Shown piece after piece: positions 1 through 8,533 of a stretch of DNA of 40,429 bases. Source of the stretch: Candidatus Woesearchaeota archaeon (GTDB lineage: Archaea; Nanobdellota; Nanobdellia; SCGC-AAA011-G17; CAYFGV01); the NCBI GenBank assembly GCA_964342845.1, contig CAYFGV010000005.1, forward strand, positions 1 through 40,429. The letters run 5' to 3'. A model generated the notes under the pieces. It saw nothing but the letters and a program-made list of their open reading frames with translations. It had not been told where the DNA came from and made no database searches. Position 1 is the stretch's first letter, and every line of letters starts with the position of its first letter. The translations under genes and the position numbers were made by a program.

Positions 1-665
1 TTGAATTTTTCTTCTATTTCTGTGTATATCTCTTTTATTTTTTTCCTTTCAAAGTCTTTTTGTAGTAAAGAAGATGGTTTTAAAATTAGATAATCTGCTT
101 GTCTTATTGCGTTTATTTCTAGGTTTGCTGAAGATTGTGATATAAAGAGAATTTGTAAGTCTTTGTGTCTTGCAATCAGAAGTAGTTCTGTAAGAAGTTT
201 GTTTGCATTTTTCATTGAATCTCTAGAACTGAATAAAATTCCTCCTTCATCTATTAAAACTAGTGAGTTATTTTTTATTTCTTCTATGTTTTCTACTACT
301 TTTATCCATTTTGGAAGGTCTTTGAAACCCATAGCATAACATTTTCTATTTTTTTGAGAGTGGATATTTTCTAATAATCTCATTCCAATTGCGCTTTTTC
401 CTGTACCTCTTGCTCCTAATATAATTCCTATTGTGCTTGGTTTGTTGATTAAGAAGTTTTCAAAATCTTGGAGATTTCCTGATTCTGTATGAATTTGTTT
501 AAAGGGATCTATGGTAGGAAGAGATTTTATTCTTTTAGTTTTTTTTGGTTTTGTTTCAGTTGTTTTCTTGAGAAGGCGATAAGTTCCTAAGCTAATGATC
601 TTTGCTGTTAAATAAACTCCTTTAAATATGGCAAAAATTATGTTTGTTCTCTTCTTCTTCGGCAT
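1..665 (-). CDS. P-loop ATPase, runs off the window edge (partial)
   Basis: Not in the ORF track. Manual translation from ATG 665: MPKKKRTNIIFAIFKG...IILGARGTGKS (Walker A)...LVLIDEGG (Walker B)...ARHKDLQILFISQ; frame stays open to position 1. Confidence 0.8.
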   Translation of the reverse strand, partial: MPKKKRTNIIFAIFKGVYLTAKIISLGTYRLLKKTTETKPKKTKRIKSLPTIDPFKQIHTESGNLQDFENFLINKPSTIGIILGARGTGKSAIGMRLLENIHSQKNRKCYAMGFKDLPKWIKVVENIEEIKNNSLVLIDEGGILFSSRDSMKNANKLLTELLLIARHKDLQILFISQSSANLEINAIRQADYLILKPSSLLQKDFERKKIKEIYTEIEEKF

Positions 666-719
666 TGGGTTATTATATAAGTGCAAGTTATATTTAAATC
701 TAGTGTTGTTTTTAAAATA

Positions 720-815
720 CGCCACGACCCGGATTTGAACCGGGATGCCCCGAAGGGCCAAGCTTGCTGTACTTAAATTCCAGGCTTGTGCCATACCAGA
801 TTAGGCGATCGTGGC
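720..815 (-). tRNA. tRNA-Ser(GGA) with 13-nt intron at 37/38 (765-777)
   Basis: Reverse complement folds as GCCACGA/TCGTGGC acceptor, CAAGC/GCTTG anticodon stem, long variable arm and GGTTCAAATCC T arm. The 20-nt anticodon loop reduces to CTGGAAA after removing TTTAAGTACAGCA (relaxed BHB, 3 of 4 helix pairs). Confidence 0.93.
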
Positions 816-907
816 ATATGGTTTTGTTGATTTTGTTTGTTTATAAATGTTTTTGAGATTGAATAGAAAGGTTTATAAATAGATGTTCTCTCTGGAAAGT
901 AAGAAAA

Positions 908-1291
908 ATGACAAATTATAATCAAGAAGAATGTAATATTTTTGGGCCCTATGGAAATACTGGGTCTGCTCCTTGTAACGGTGGGTTTGATTGGAGAAAA
1001 GGGAAATTAGCTAAAGAGCTTAATGGCAATGTTGTTAACTTTGCGGTAAATAATGATGCTGAATTGAAGAATGGTGTAGAAATCTTAGAGAAAGATGAGT
1101 CTTTTGTTTCTGCTGAAAACCGTTCTGGAGAGGTTTATTCTAAAGATAGTATTGAAGTACGTACTAGTGTTAAAAATAATGGTCATTTATCTGAAAACGG
1201 TGCTAATCTTAAAGGTGGTGTTGATTTGGATTCTGTGATATTTGGTTATGTTCTCGGATTGGGGGTCAAAGAACACGTAATAATGATTTAA
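908..1291 (+). CDS. hypothetical protein
   Basis: 127-aa ORF with TTTATAAA at 872-879; no motif recognised. Confidence 0.55.
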   Translation: MTNYNQEECNIFGPYGNTGSAPCNGGFDWRKGKLAKELNGNVVNFAVNNDAELKNGVEILEKDESFVSAENRSGEVYSKDSIEVRTSVKNNGHLSENGANLKGGVDLDSVIFGYVLGLGVKEHVIMI

Positions 1292-1429
1292 GGAATGATT
1301 TGGGAGTTAAAGGTTATAGAAGATTTGAAGAATTGGTGATATCAAGGGTTATAAAACAATATAAACCAGATCATTACGGTGTTTCTTCAGACATAGTTGA
1401 AAAAATGAATTCGTAAGACTTATAAATAA

Positions 1430-1627
1430 GTGTTATTTGAAATTGATAAAATGATAAAACAATATAAATTAGATTTTGACAGAATGAATTTAAGTACTAA
1501 GGATGTATTAGATGCTCATAAAGAAGAACAAGGTGGTTATAAATCTTTATATGATTCTGATTCTAGACAAGAAGGAGAATCTATTTTTCGAATGTTAGAT
1601 CGTGTTCTTGGTCCTGATTATAAATAA
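1430..1627 (+). CDS. small hypothetical protein
   Basis: 65-aa ORF; start uncertain. Confidence 0.4.
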   Translation: MLFEIDKMIKQYKLDFDRMNLSTKDVLDAHKEEQGGYKSLYDSDSRQEGESIFRMLDRVLGPDYK

Positions 1628-1632
1628 TTTTT

Positions 1633-1950
1633 GTGAAAATGAATACAATAGATAAGAAAGATCTTGAAATTTTGCTTTTTTCTAAGTTTGATCCTGGACA
1701 TAGGTTTGATGGTACCCGGGAAGAATTAAATAGAGAAGTAGGTAAGTATGTGGCTATTTTGGATATATGTGGTGCTGGTGGTAAAGGCCTTGAATTGCCT
1801 CTTGCTTATATTGCATATGGTTATGGTGAAAGATGTTTTGAGGAAAATTATGAAGTTAAATTACTTAGAAAAGACCTTGATGGTCGTTTATCTAATCTTG
1901 TTGAATCTGGTCTTTTAAAAAAGACAGAAGACAAATATTCTTTAATTTAA
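1633..1950 (+). CDS. hypothetical protein, possible winged-helix-like C-terminus
   Basis: 105-aa ORF ending RLSNLVESGLLKKTEDKYSL, which resembles a wHTH wing. Confidence 0.5.
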   Translation: MKMNTIDKKDLEILLFSKFDPGHRFDGTREELNREVGKYVAILDICGAGGKGLELPLAYIAYGYGERCFEENYEVKLLRKDLDGRLSNLVESGLLKKTEDKYSLI

Positions 1951-2826
1951 TTTTTTAAAATAATCTAAAACTTCATCAATGTTATCTAATTGATTAATGT
2001 TTTTTCTTATTTTTGTAGAGTTATAGAAATCTTTAGTTAATATGTTTAATTCTACTAAATAATGAGCTTTTGTTAAGTTATATTTTTTTACTAATTTTAG
2101 GTATTTTAAAATTAATTTTATTTTATCCGAGTTTGTTTTTTTATTTTGAATTTCTTTAAAGATTAAAGGATTTCTAGATGCATATCTGCCTATCATAATG
2201 TAGTTTGTGTAATCTTTATATTTTTTATAAGATTCTAGAGAATTTATGTCACCATTTCCTATTACAATAGGTATTGAAGTTTTTATTTTTTTGAATATTT
2301 CCCAGTCTGGTTTTTGTTTATAATTTTGAGAAGGGGTTCTTGCGTGGATTGTTAAGGCTGAGATGTTTGATTTTTCACAAGCTAAAATAACTTGTTTTAG
2401 ATTTTTAGTTATTCTTATTTTTGCTGTTATTGGTTTTTTTATGTTTGATGTCAATAGAGTTAAAATTTCTTTTATTTTTTTGGGATTTTTTAATAATGCT
2501 GAGCCTGCGTCTAATTTTACTACTTTTCTTGATGGACAGCCTAAGTTAAAATCTATTATATCAAATTCTTTTTCTATTTTTAGGGCTGCTTTTAGGATTA
2601 GGTTTGGATCTGAGCCGAAAAGTTGAACACAGGAAGGTTTTTCATTTGTTGCTTTTTTTAGCATTGTTTCTATTCTTTTATCTTTGTTTAGGATTGCATG
2701 ACAATTAACGAATTCTGTTGTAGTTAATCCTGCACCTAGTTCTCTGCATAAGTGTCTGAAAGCTACATTAGTTACTCCTTCCATTGGAGCTAGGATTGCT
2801 TTTGAAGAGAGTTTAGGGAATTTCAT
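1942..2826 (-). CDS. dus: tRNA-dihydrouridine synthase (Dus family)
   Basis: Motifs ILAPMEGVT, VQLFGSDP, DFNLGCPS, GSALL, TIHART, IGNGDI, MIGR. Confidence 0.93.
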   Translation of the reverse strand: MKFPKLSSKAILAPMEGVTNVAFRHLCRELGAGLTTTEFVNCHAILNKDKRIETMLKKATNEKPSCVQLFGSDPNLILKAALKIEKEFDIIDFNLGCPSRKVVKLDAGSALLKNPKKIKEILTLLTSNIKKPITAKIRITKNLKQVILACEKSNISALTIHARTPSQNYKQKPDWEIFKKIKTSIPIVIGNGDINSLESYKKYKDYTNYIMIGRYASRNPLIFKEIQNKKTNSDKIKLILKYLKLVKKYNLTKAHYLVELNILTKDFYNSTKIRKNINQLDNIDEVLDYFKKLN

Positions 2827-2880
2827 TAAGTGTAATTTAATTTTAAGTTATTTTAAAAGTTATGTTTTTGTTAAAAAATA

Positions 2881-3075
2881 TAGCGGGAGAAGGAATTTCC
2901 GAAAGAAACAATAAGTTTCATTCATTTGAACCTCCGACCTATACCCAAGCAAATATCTTATGATATTACACTCTCCGGGTGTCCCGAAGACAATTAGGAT
3001 CTTCTATGAGCCTTTCGCAATTATCAGATATTTTCTAATAATATCGACGAGCACTCCTAACTGCTCCATCCCGCT
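2881..3075 (-). tRNA. initiator tRNA-Met(CAT) with four introns: 29/30 (3013-3044), 37/38 (2981-3004), 43/44 (2941-2974), 59/60 (2895-2924)
   Basis: Removing 32+24+34+30 nt gives a 75-nt cloverleaf AGCGGGA-TG-GAGC-AGTTAGGAGT-GCTC-G-TCGGG-CTCATAA-CCCGG-AGGTC-GGAGG-TTCAAAT-CCTTC-TCCCGCT-A. It has the A1-U72 pair and three G-C anticodon-stem pairs of initiators, and each intron forms a BHB-like motif. Confidence 0.92.
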
Positions 3076-3115
3076 ATGTGTTTAAAGAAAAAGTAGGAGT
3101 TTTTAAAGATTTTGT

Positions 3116-4915
3116 TTATTCGACTGTAACAGCTTTTGCTAAATTTTTTGGAAGATCAGGGTTATGTCCTTTTAAAACAGTTGTATAGTAAGCTAATAAT
3201 TGTAAAGGAATAACATTTACTATTGGATTTAAAATGTCTGGAGATTCTGGAACTCTTAGAACATAATCAGAAATTTTTTCTATTTCTTTGTCATTATGGT
3301 TGGCTACTGTTATTATTAATCCTTTTCTAGCTTTAACTTCTTGCATGTTGCTTATTATTTTTTCATAGATTGGGTCGTTTTTGTTTGCTATAAAGACTAC
3401 CGGCATATTTTCATCTATTAATGCTATTGGTCCGTGTTTCATTTCTGCTGCTGGATAACCTTCTGCGTGAATATATGAGATTTCTTTTAATTTTAATGCG
3501 CCTTCTAAAGCAACGGGAAAATTTACTCCTCTTCCTAAGAATAAGGCATTCTTTTTATTATAAATTTTTTCTGCTATTTTCTTAACTTGTTTTTTTTGTT
3601 TTAAAGTTTCTTTAACATATTCTGGGATTTTTTTGGTTTCTTCCGTTAAATATTCATAAGTTTTAAGATCAATTTTATTTAGTTTTCTTGCTAAATATAA
3701 GGTTAGTAGAATTAAACAAGCTACTTGACCTGTGAATGCTTTTGTTGAGGCAACACCTATTTCTGGGCCTGCATGGATAAAAATACCTGAGTCAACTTTT
3801 CTTGAGATTGTTGAACCAACTACATTAACTATTCCTAAAGTTGTGCAAAATTTTTTAGCATATTCTAGTGAGGCCAATGTGTCTGCTGTTTCTCCTGATT
3901 GGCTTATTACTATGATTAAATCATTTTCTGTTAGAACTGGGTTTCTGTATCTGAATTCCGAGGCATAATCAACTTCTACTGGGATTTTGCAATACTTTTC
4001 TATTATGTATTTTCCTATAAGGGCGGCATGCCAAGCAGTTCCACAGGCTGTGATTATTATTCTGTTTATTTTCTCTGGGAGTTTTATAGAAAGTCTGATG
4101 TCTTTGTCTATTCTTCCTGCTATTCTGTTGTTTAGGGTTTCTGCTTGTTCAAATATTTCTTTTTCCATGAAATAATCGAAATCGTTTTTTTCTATGGAAT
4201 CTAATTCCCAGTGAATATGCTTTATTTCTCTTTTGACTGTATCTCCGTTTAGTTTTGTTATTTTGTAACTGTCTTTTGTTAATGTTGCTATTTCATTATC
4301 TTCGAGATAGACTGCTTTTTTTGTGTGTTTTAGAAAAGCTGATGTATCTGAAGCTATAAATTTTTCATTTTCTCCTATACCTATAATCAAGGGACTTCCT
4401 TTTTTTGCTCCTATAATTTTGTTTTCTTTTTTGGAGATGATTACTAAACCATAAGTTCCTATTACTCTTTTTAGTGTATTTTTAACTGCTTGTTCTATGT
4501 TGTTTGTATAGTTTTCTTCTATTAGATGTGCTATTACCTCTGAATCTGTTTCTGATTTGAATATGTGTCCTTTTTCTATTAATTGTTTTTTTAAAGTGGA
4601 GAAGTTTTCTATTATTCCGTTGTGGACAATAGTTATTTCTTGTTTACAATCTGTGTGTGGATGGGCGTTTATTTTGTTTGGTTCTCCATGTGTTGCCCAA
4701 CGAGTGTGAGCTATTCCTAAATTTCCTTGTTTAATTTCTTTAAATGAATTTTGTAGTTGTGATATCTTTCCTGCACTTTTTATTATTTCTAATTTATTTT
4801 CTGAAGAAATACAAATTCCTGCTGAGTCATAACCTCTGTATTCTAATCTTTTGAGGCCTTCAATTAGAATGTTAGTTGTGTCTCTGTTTCCGATATAACC
4901 TATAATGCCACACAT
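3116..4915 (-). CDS. glmS: glutamine--fructose-6-phosphate aminotransferase
   Basis: MCGIIG N-terminus, RGYDSAG, HTRWATHG, SQSGETAD, EMKHGP, C-terminal PKNLAKAVTVE. Confidence 0.98.
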   Translation of the reverse strand: MCGIIGYIGNRDTTNILIEGLKRLEYRGYDSAGICISSENKLEIIKSAGKISQLQNSFKEIKQGNLGIAHTRWATHGEPNKINAHPHTDCKQEITIVHNGIIENFSTLKKQLIEKGHIFKSETDSEVIAHLIEENYTNNIEQAVKNTLKRVIGTYGLVIISKKENKIIGAKKGSPLIIGIGENEKFIASDTSAFLKHTKKAVYLEDNEIATLTKDSYKITKLNGDTVKREIKHIHWELDSIEKNDFDYFMEKEIFEQAETLNNRIAGRIDKDIRLSIKLPEKINRIIITACGTAWHAALIGKYIIEKYCKIPVEVDYASEFRYRNPVLTENDLIIVISQSGETADTLASLEYAKKFCTTLGIVNVVGSTISRKVDSGIFIHAGPEIGVASTKAFTGQVACLILLTLYLARKLNKIDLKTYEYLTEETKKIPEYVKETLKQKKQVKKIAEKIYNKKNALFLGRGVNFPVALEGALKLKEISYIHAEGYPAAEMKHGPIALIDENMPVVFIANKNDPIYEKIISNMQEVKARKGLIITVANHNDKEIEKISDYVLRVPESPDILNPIVNVIPLQLLAYYTTVLKGHNPDLPKNLAKAVTVE

Positions 4916-4921
4916 TTTGAT

Positions 4922-4982
4922 AAGGAGGTGCCTAAAGACTGTTTTTAGGCAGTCTTTGGCTGGTTTTTAAAAAAGGGTTGAT
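4922..4982 (-). promoter_or_regulatory. structured glmS 5' region with two alternative hairpins
   Basis: Minus strand GCC-AAAGACTG-CCTAAAAA-CAGTCTTT-A-GGC can alternatively pair as GCCTAAA/TTTAGGC. It is followed by CACCTCCTTA just before the ATG. Confidence 0.4.
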
Positions 4983-4984
4983 TA

Positions 4985-5137
4985 TTAAAATGTTAAAAAC
5001 TTTATAACATCAATTTTTGATTTCTGATTATTCCATCTTTGTTTTCCTAGGTATTTTCTACCTAAATATTCTAGTTCTTCATTGCTTAAGCCCATTTTCT
5101 TGTAAGGTCTTAATTTTTTTCTTATTTTTTCCACCAT
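4985..5137 (-). CDS. small basic protein, 50 aa
   Basis: Not in the ORF track. MVEKIRKKLRPYKKMGLSNEELEYLGRKYLGKQRWNNQKSKIDVIKFLTF, with SD-like GGAGGTGG upstream and a TATA-like box near 5177-5184. Confidence 0.6.
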   Translation of the reverse strand: MVEKIRKKLRPYKKMGLSNEELEYLGRKYLGKQRWNNQKSKIDVIKFLTF

Positions 5138-5256
5138 TCTTAACTCCACCTCCATATTAGGATTTATAGGGAGGGCTTTATAAATAGGTTATGAAGGGAA
5201 AATCTATATTGCAAATCCGTAAACTTTATATAGTAAAATTACACCACTTTAAGATA

Positions 5257-5952
5257 ATGGCATACTATGGTTTGATACCTAATTGGTTTTATGGTGTTGA
5301 TTCTCTGTTTGAAGTGTTTTCTTTAGTTGTTGCTTTGCTAATTGCTTTATTTAGTTATAGGGTTTATCAGCATACAAAGCAAAGAAACCAGTTTTATTTT
5401 TCTGTAGCTTTCTTAACTTTAGGTTTTTCTTATTTGTTTAAGGTTGTTTCTAATATTATGGTTTATCGTGAAGTTCCTGAGACTGTTGAATTAGGAATAG
5501 TTAGTGTACAGTCTTTTTTATTAGAGCAAGTTGCTTGGAGTGTTACTCTTAAAACTATTATGTACCCTTTGTATAAGTTGTTGTTTTTGATGGCTCTTAC
5601 TTTGTTATTGTTAAGTGTTGCTGGTGCTATGAAGAGAAGATATTATCCAATGTATTTTTATTTTATTTTTGTTTCTGCTGTTTCAAGTATTCATGAAGAT
5701 ATAGTTTTTTATATTATATCTACTGTATTGTTGGGTTTGATAGCATTTTATTATTATTTGAATTTTCTTAAGAATAAAACTAGAAATAAGAGATGGGTTA
5801 TGTATTCATTTTTTATTTTGGCATTTTCTGGATTGATGATTGCACTTATTGAGTTTAGTGGTTGGTTGTATGTTTTGGGTGAATTTTTACAGTTGGTTGC
5901 TTATTTAATATTGTTAATGGTGTTTATAGGGATTATTAAGAAAAATGGCTAA
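5257..5952 (+). CDS. multi-pass membrane protein (~7 TM)
   Basis: Repeated hydrophobic segments. Start moved to ATG 5257 because TTTATATA lies at 5225-5232. Overlaps the downstream wHTH gene. Confidence 0.75.
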   Translation: MAYYGLIPNWFYGVDSLFEVFSLVVALLIALFSYRVYQHTKQRNQFYFSVAFLTLGFSYLFKVVSNIMVYREVPETVELGIVSVQSFLLEQVAWSVTLKTIMYPLYKLLFLMALTLLLLSVAGAMKRRYYPMYFYFIFVSAVSSIHEDIVFYIISTVLLGLIAFYYYLNFLKNKTRNKRWVMYSFFILAFSGLMIALIEFSGWLYVLGEFLQLVAYLILLMVFIGIIKKNG

Positions 5953-6202
5953 GAAAAGGACTAAATTGGAGATTTTGGAGGCTGTTTTAAATGTTGTTTA
6001 TCAAAATAGGAAAATAAAACCCACACATTTGTTGTATAAGGCTAATCTATCTTATGTTAAGATGAATGAATATTTGGAATTTTTGATTTCTAATGGTTTT
6101 ATTTTAGAGAGTGGGAAGGAGTATGAGATTACTGAAAAAGGGATTAAAAAATTAACTGAGTTGAAGAAATTTAAAGAGTTTTCTGAGAGTTTTGGGATAT
6201 AG
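5945..6202 (+). CDS. archaeal winged-helix transcription regulator
   Basis: KRTKLEI...KPTHLLYKANLSY...YLEFLISNGFI...YEITEKG pattern. Confidence 0.88.
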   Translation: MAKKRTKLEILEAVLNVVYQNRKIKPTHLLYKANLSYVKMNEYLEFLISNGFILESGKEYEITEKGIKKLTELKKFKEFSESFGI

Positions 6203-6237
6203 TTAGGTTTATAAATTCTTGATTTTTCTTAATAAAT

Positions 6238-6483
6238 ATGTTAGAGGGAAGGGTTTTATACTTTAGGGTGGAATCTTCTGATGAGAAAGAATATTTTGCT
6301 GCACGATCAAGAGATCTTGTTGTTCGTTTTATTGAGAAAACCGAGGATCCTGGTTATAATTTGGATACTTTAGTGAGAGTTCAAATTGGAGAAGCTAGGA
6401 AAGCACCTTATTTTGAGGAATTTGCAAAAGATTATACTTTTTGTTCTGATGGCACTTTTTTACTGGGAAAGATAGATTTATAA
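6238..6483 (+). CDS. hypothetical protein
   Basis: 81-aa ORF with its own TTTATAAA at 6208-6215. Confidence 0.6.
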   Translation: MLEGRVLYFRVESSDEKEYFAARSRDLVVRFIEKTEDPGYNLDTLVRVQIGEARKAPYFEEFAKDYTFCSDGTFLLGKIDL

Positions 6484-6508
6484 ATACTTATTTTTTCTGG
6501 AACTTACT

Positions 6509-7468
6509 ATGGATGAGCATGTTAAGTGTTTTAAAGGTTCAAGAAGCCCTGTTAGGATGAAGGTTGATTCTGGGATGAGTGTTAAAGGGATTTTAGAAGA
6601 ATTTGCTAAATCAGGGTATAATGGTAAGAGATTAGGAGAGGCTTTTGAGGTTTATAAGAAGATGATGGAAGATAAGAGCTGTTATAAGTTTGTTTCTGCT
6701 GCTGGTGCTTTGATCTCTGGTGGCATGAGAGAGGTTTTTGTTAAATTTATTAGATCTGGAGCTGTTGATTGTATGTTATTTACAGGAGCTATTTTGACTC
6801 ATGATTTAATGGAGGCTTTTGGTGCTAAACATTATCAAGGTGAACTTGGATGTGATGATAGAGAGCTGCATAGGAAGAATGTTATTAGGATTTATGATGT
6901 TTTTTTAGATAAAGATGCTTATTCTAATTTAGAAGATGAGTTAAGGAAGGTTTTTGATAAAATTAAGCAAGAAGAGATGTCTCCTAGAGAGTTCTTGAAA
7001 GAGTTGGGTGGGCTTATTAAAGATGAGAATTCTATTTTGAAAGCTTGTGCTGATATGGATGTTGATATTTACTGTCCTTCAATTACTGATTCTATGTTAG
7101 GTTTTCATGCTTGGGTTTATTCACAGAATCATGGGTTGAAGATAAATTGTCAGTGGGATATAAGAGATTTTATGGATGTTGTTTGGGGAGATGATAAAAG
7201 TTATGGTATGTTAATTTTAGGTGGTGGTGTTCCTAAGCATTTTGTTCCTGGGATGATGCAGGCTTCTGGAAATTCTTTGAAATATGTTATCCAAATTACA
7301 ATGGATAGACCTGAGCATGGAGGTGTGAGTGGTATGCAGATTATAGAAGCTAAGTCTTGGGGCAAGGTTGCTGAAGAAGGTTTAGTTTGTGATCTAAGGT
7401 GTGATGTTACTGTTGCTTTTCCTATTTTAGTTGCTGGGATTTTGGATTATTTGAAAGAGAAGAACTAG
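6509..7468 (+). CDS. dys: deoxyhypusine synthase family protein
   Basis: GALISGGMR, RIYDVF, CPSITDS, ILGGGVPKH, QITMDRPEHGGVSG, EAKSWGKV. Confidence 0.93.
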   Translation: MDEHVKCFKGSRSPVRMKVDSGMSVKGILEEFAKSGYNGKRLGEAFEVYKKMMEDKSCYKFVSAAGALISGGMREVFVKFIRSGAVDCMLFTGAILTHDLMEAFGAKHYQGELGCDDRELHRKNVIRIYDVFLDKDAYSNLEDELRKVFDKIKQEEMSPREFLKELGGLIKDENSILKACADMDVDIYCPSITDSMLGFHAWVYSQNHGLKINCQWDIRDFMDVVWGDDKSYGMLILGGGVPKHFVPGMMQASGNSLKYVIQITMDRPEHGGVSGMQIIEAKSWGKVAEEGLVCDLRCDVTVAFPILVAGILDYLKEKN

Positions 7469-7668
7469 CTTTTATACGTATACATGCATTATGTAGCCAC
7501 TTGGAGTTTCTCTTTTTTCTTTTTCTTCTTCTAGTTTTATATTATATTCTGTCTTTCCAGAGCCGTTTCTTTTTTCTTCTCTTTCAAGAAAGTCTTTAAT
7601 TATGAAGTCCAGACCTGTGGAAAAATACATAAAATAAAGAGGTAGAAAGTGTTTATAACTTTTTTGAT

Positions 7669-8499
7669 TTATTTGACTAATAAGCTTTCTTTTTTTATAA
7701 ATAAACTTCTAACAAACCAATACATTGCGTATAATTCAAAAGCAAAAGGGAAATATCCTAGATAACCTAAAATAGGCATTTCAAATATTTTAAAGAAACC
7801 AACATAAGGGACTGTGTATGTCCATTTTACTGTTGCCCAATAATTCCAGAATTCCCAAAAGAATCCTAAGATTATTCCTGCTAATAAAAGAGATAGAGGT
7901 ATTGCTAGTTTTTTGTCTTTTAAATGTTGTATTATGCTTGGTTGTTTGTGTAAGTAATTTATTGGATCTAAGATTAGGAAGAAACTTAGCCAGATTAACG
8001 GGAATGTGAATGCTGGTAGGAAGAATGGTAGGAAAAATGAAATTATGCCTGCAGTCATCATTATGTATAGGAATGTTTTTGTTATTTTATGAGATTTTTT
8101 TAATTTTTTATTGTCAAATAAGTGTAAAGCTCTTATTAATTCTGATGTTTCAAATAAAGCAGGTAGAACTGTTGCAAATGAAATGTATTCAAATAATGTT
8201 CTTGATTGTCCTAATGCTTCTGTTCCTATATAAGTCCAGTTATTAACTGCGAAAGTGTTTAGGAATTCAAATATATACCAGAAGAAAGCTGATAAGATGA
8301 ATAAACCAATGAAAGTGTAGAATCTATTGCTTATTAGAGAGCTTTTCTTTAATTTGTAAATTAATGCGTCTATTACTAAGATGTAACCTAACCAAATTAT
8401 TGGGAAATACCATGATGCAAAAGGTTCTATTTTAAAGATGAAGTTTAGTTGTGTTAAAACTATTAATATTATTCCTAGTATGCCGTATTTTTTGAACAT
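7669..8499 (-). CDS. Trp/Phe-rich integral membrane protein of unknown function
   Basis: 276 aa, multiple TM helices, internally repeated WxxFE/WEFWN...WTY motifs. Confidence 0.75.
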   Translation of the reverse strand: MFKKYGILGIILIVLTQLNFIFKIEPFASWYFPIIWLGYILVIDALIYKLKKSSLISNRFYTFIGLFILSAFFWYIFEFLNTFAVNNWTYIGTEALGQSRTLFEYISFATVLPALFETSELIRALHLFDNKKLKKSHKITKTFLYIMMTAGIISFFLPFFLPAFTFPLIWLSFFLILDPINYLHKQPSIIQHLKDKKLAIPLSLLLAGIILGFFWEFWNYWATVKWTYTVPYVGFFKIFEMPILGYLGYFPFAFELYAMYWFVRSLFIKKESLLVK

Positions 8500-8533
8500 G
8501 TTGTTATTTTTGTTTATTTGTTTTTAAATGTTT

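Noticed and set aside
4916..4985. glmS ribozyme
   Set aside because: The region is too short and I could not find the conserved catalytic core or pseudoknot.
7465..7630. Small ORF between dys and the membrane protein gene
   Set aside because: Only a 28-codon minus-strand ORF from ATG 7630 was found, with nothing else to support it.
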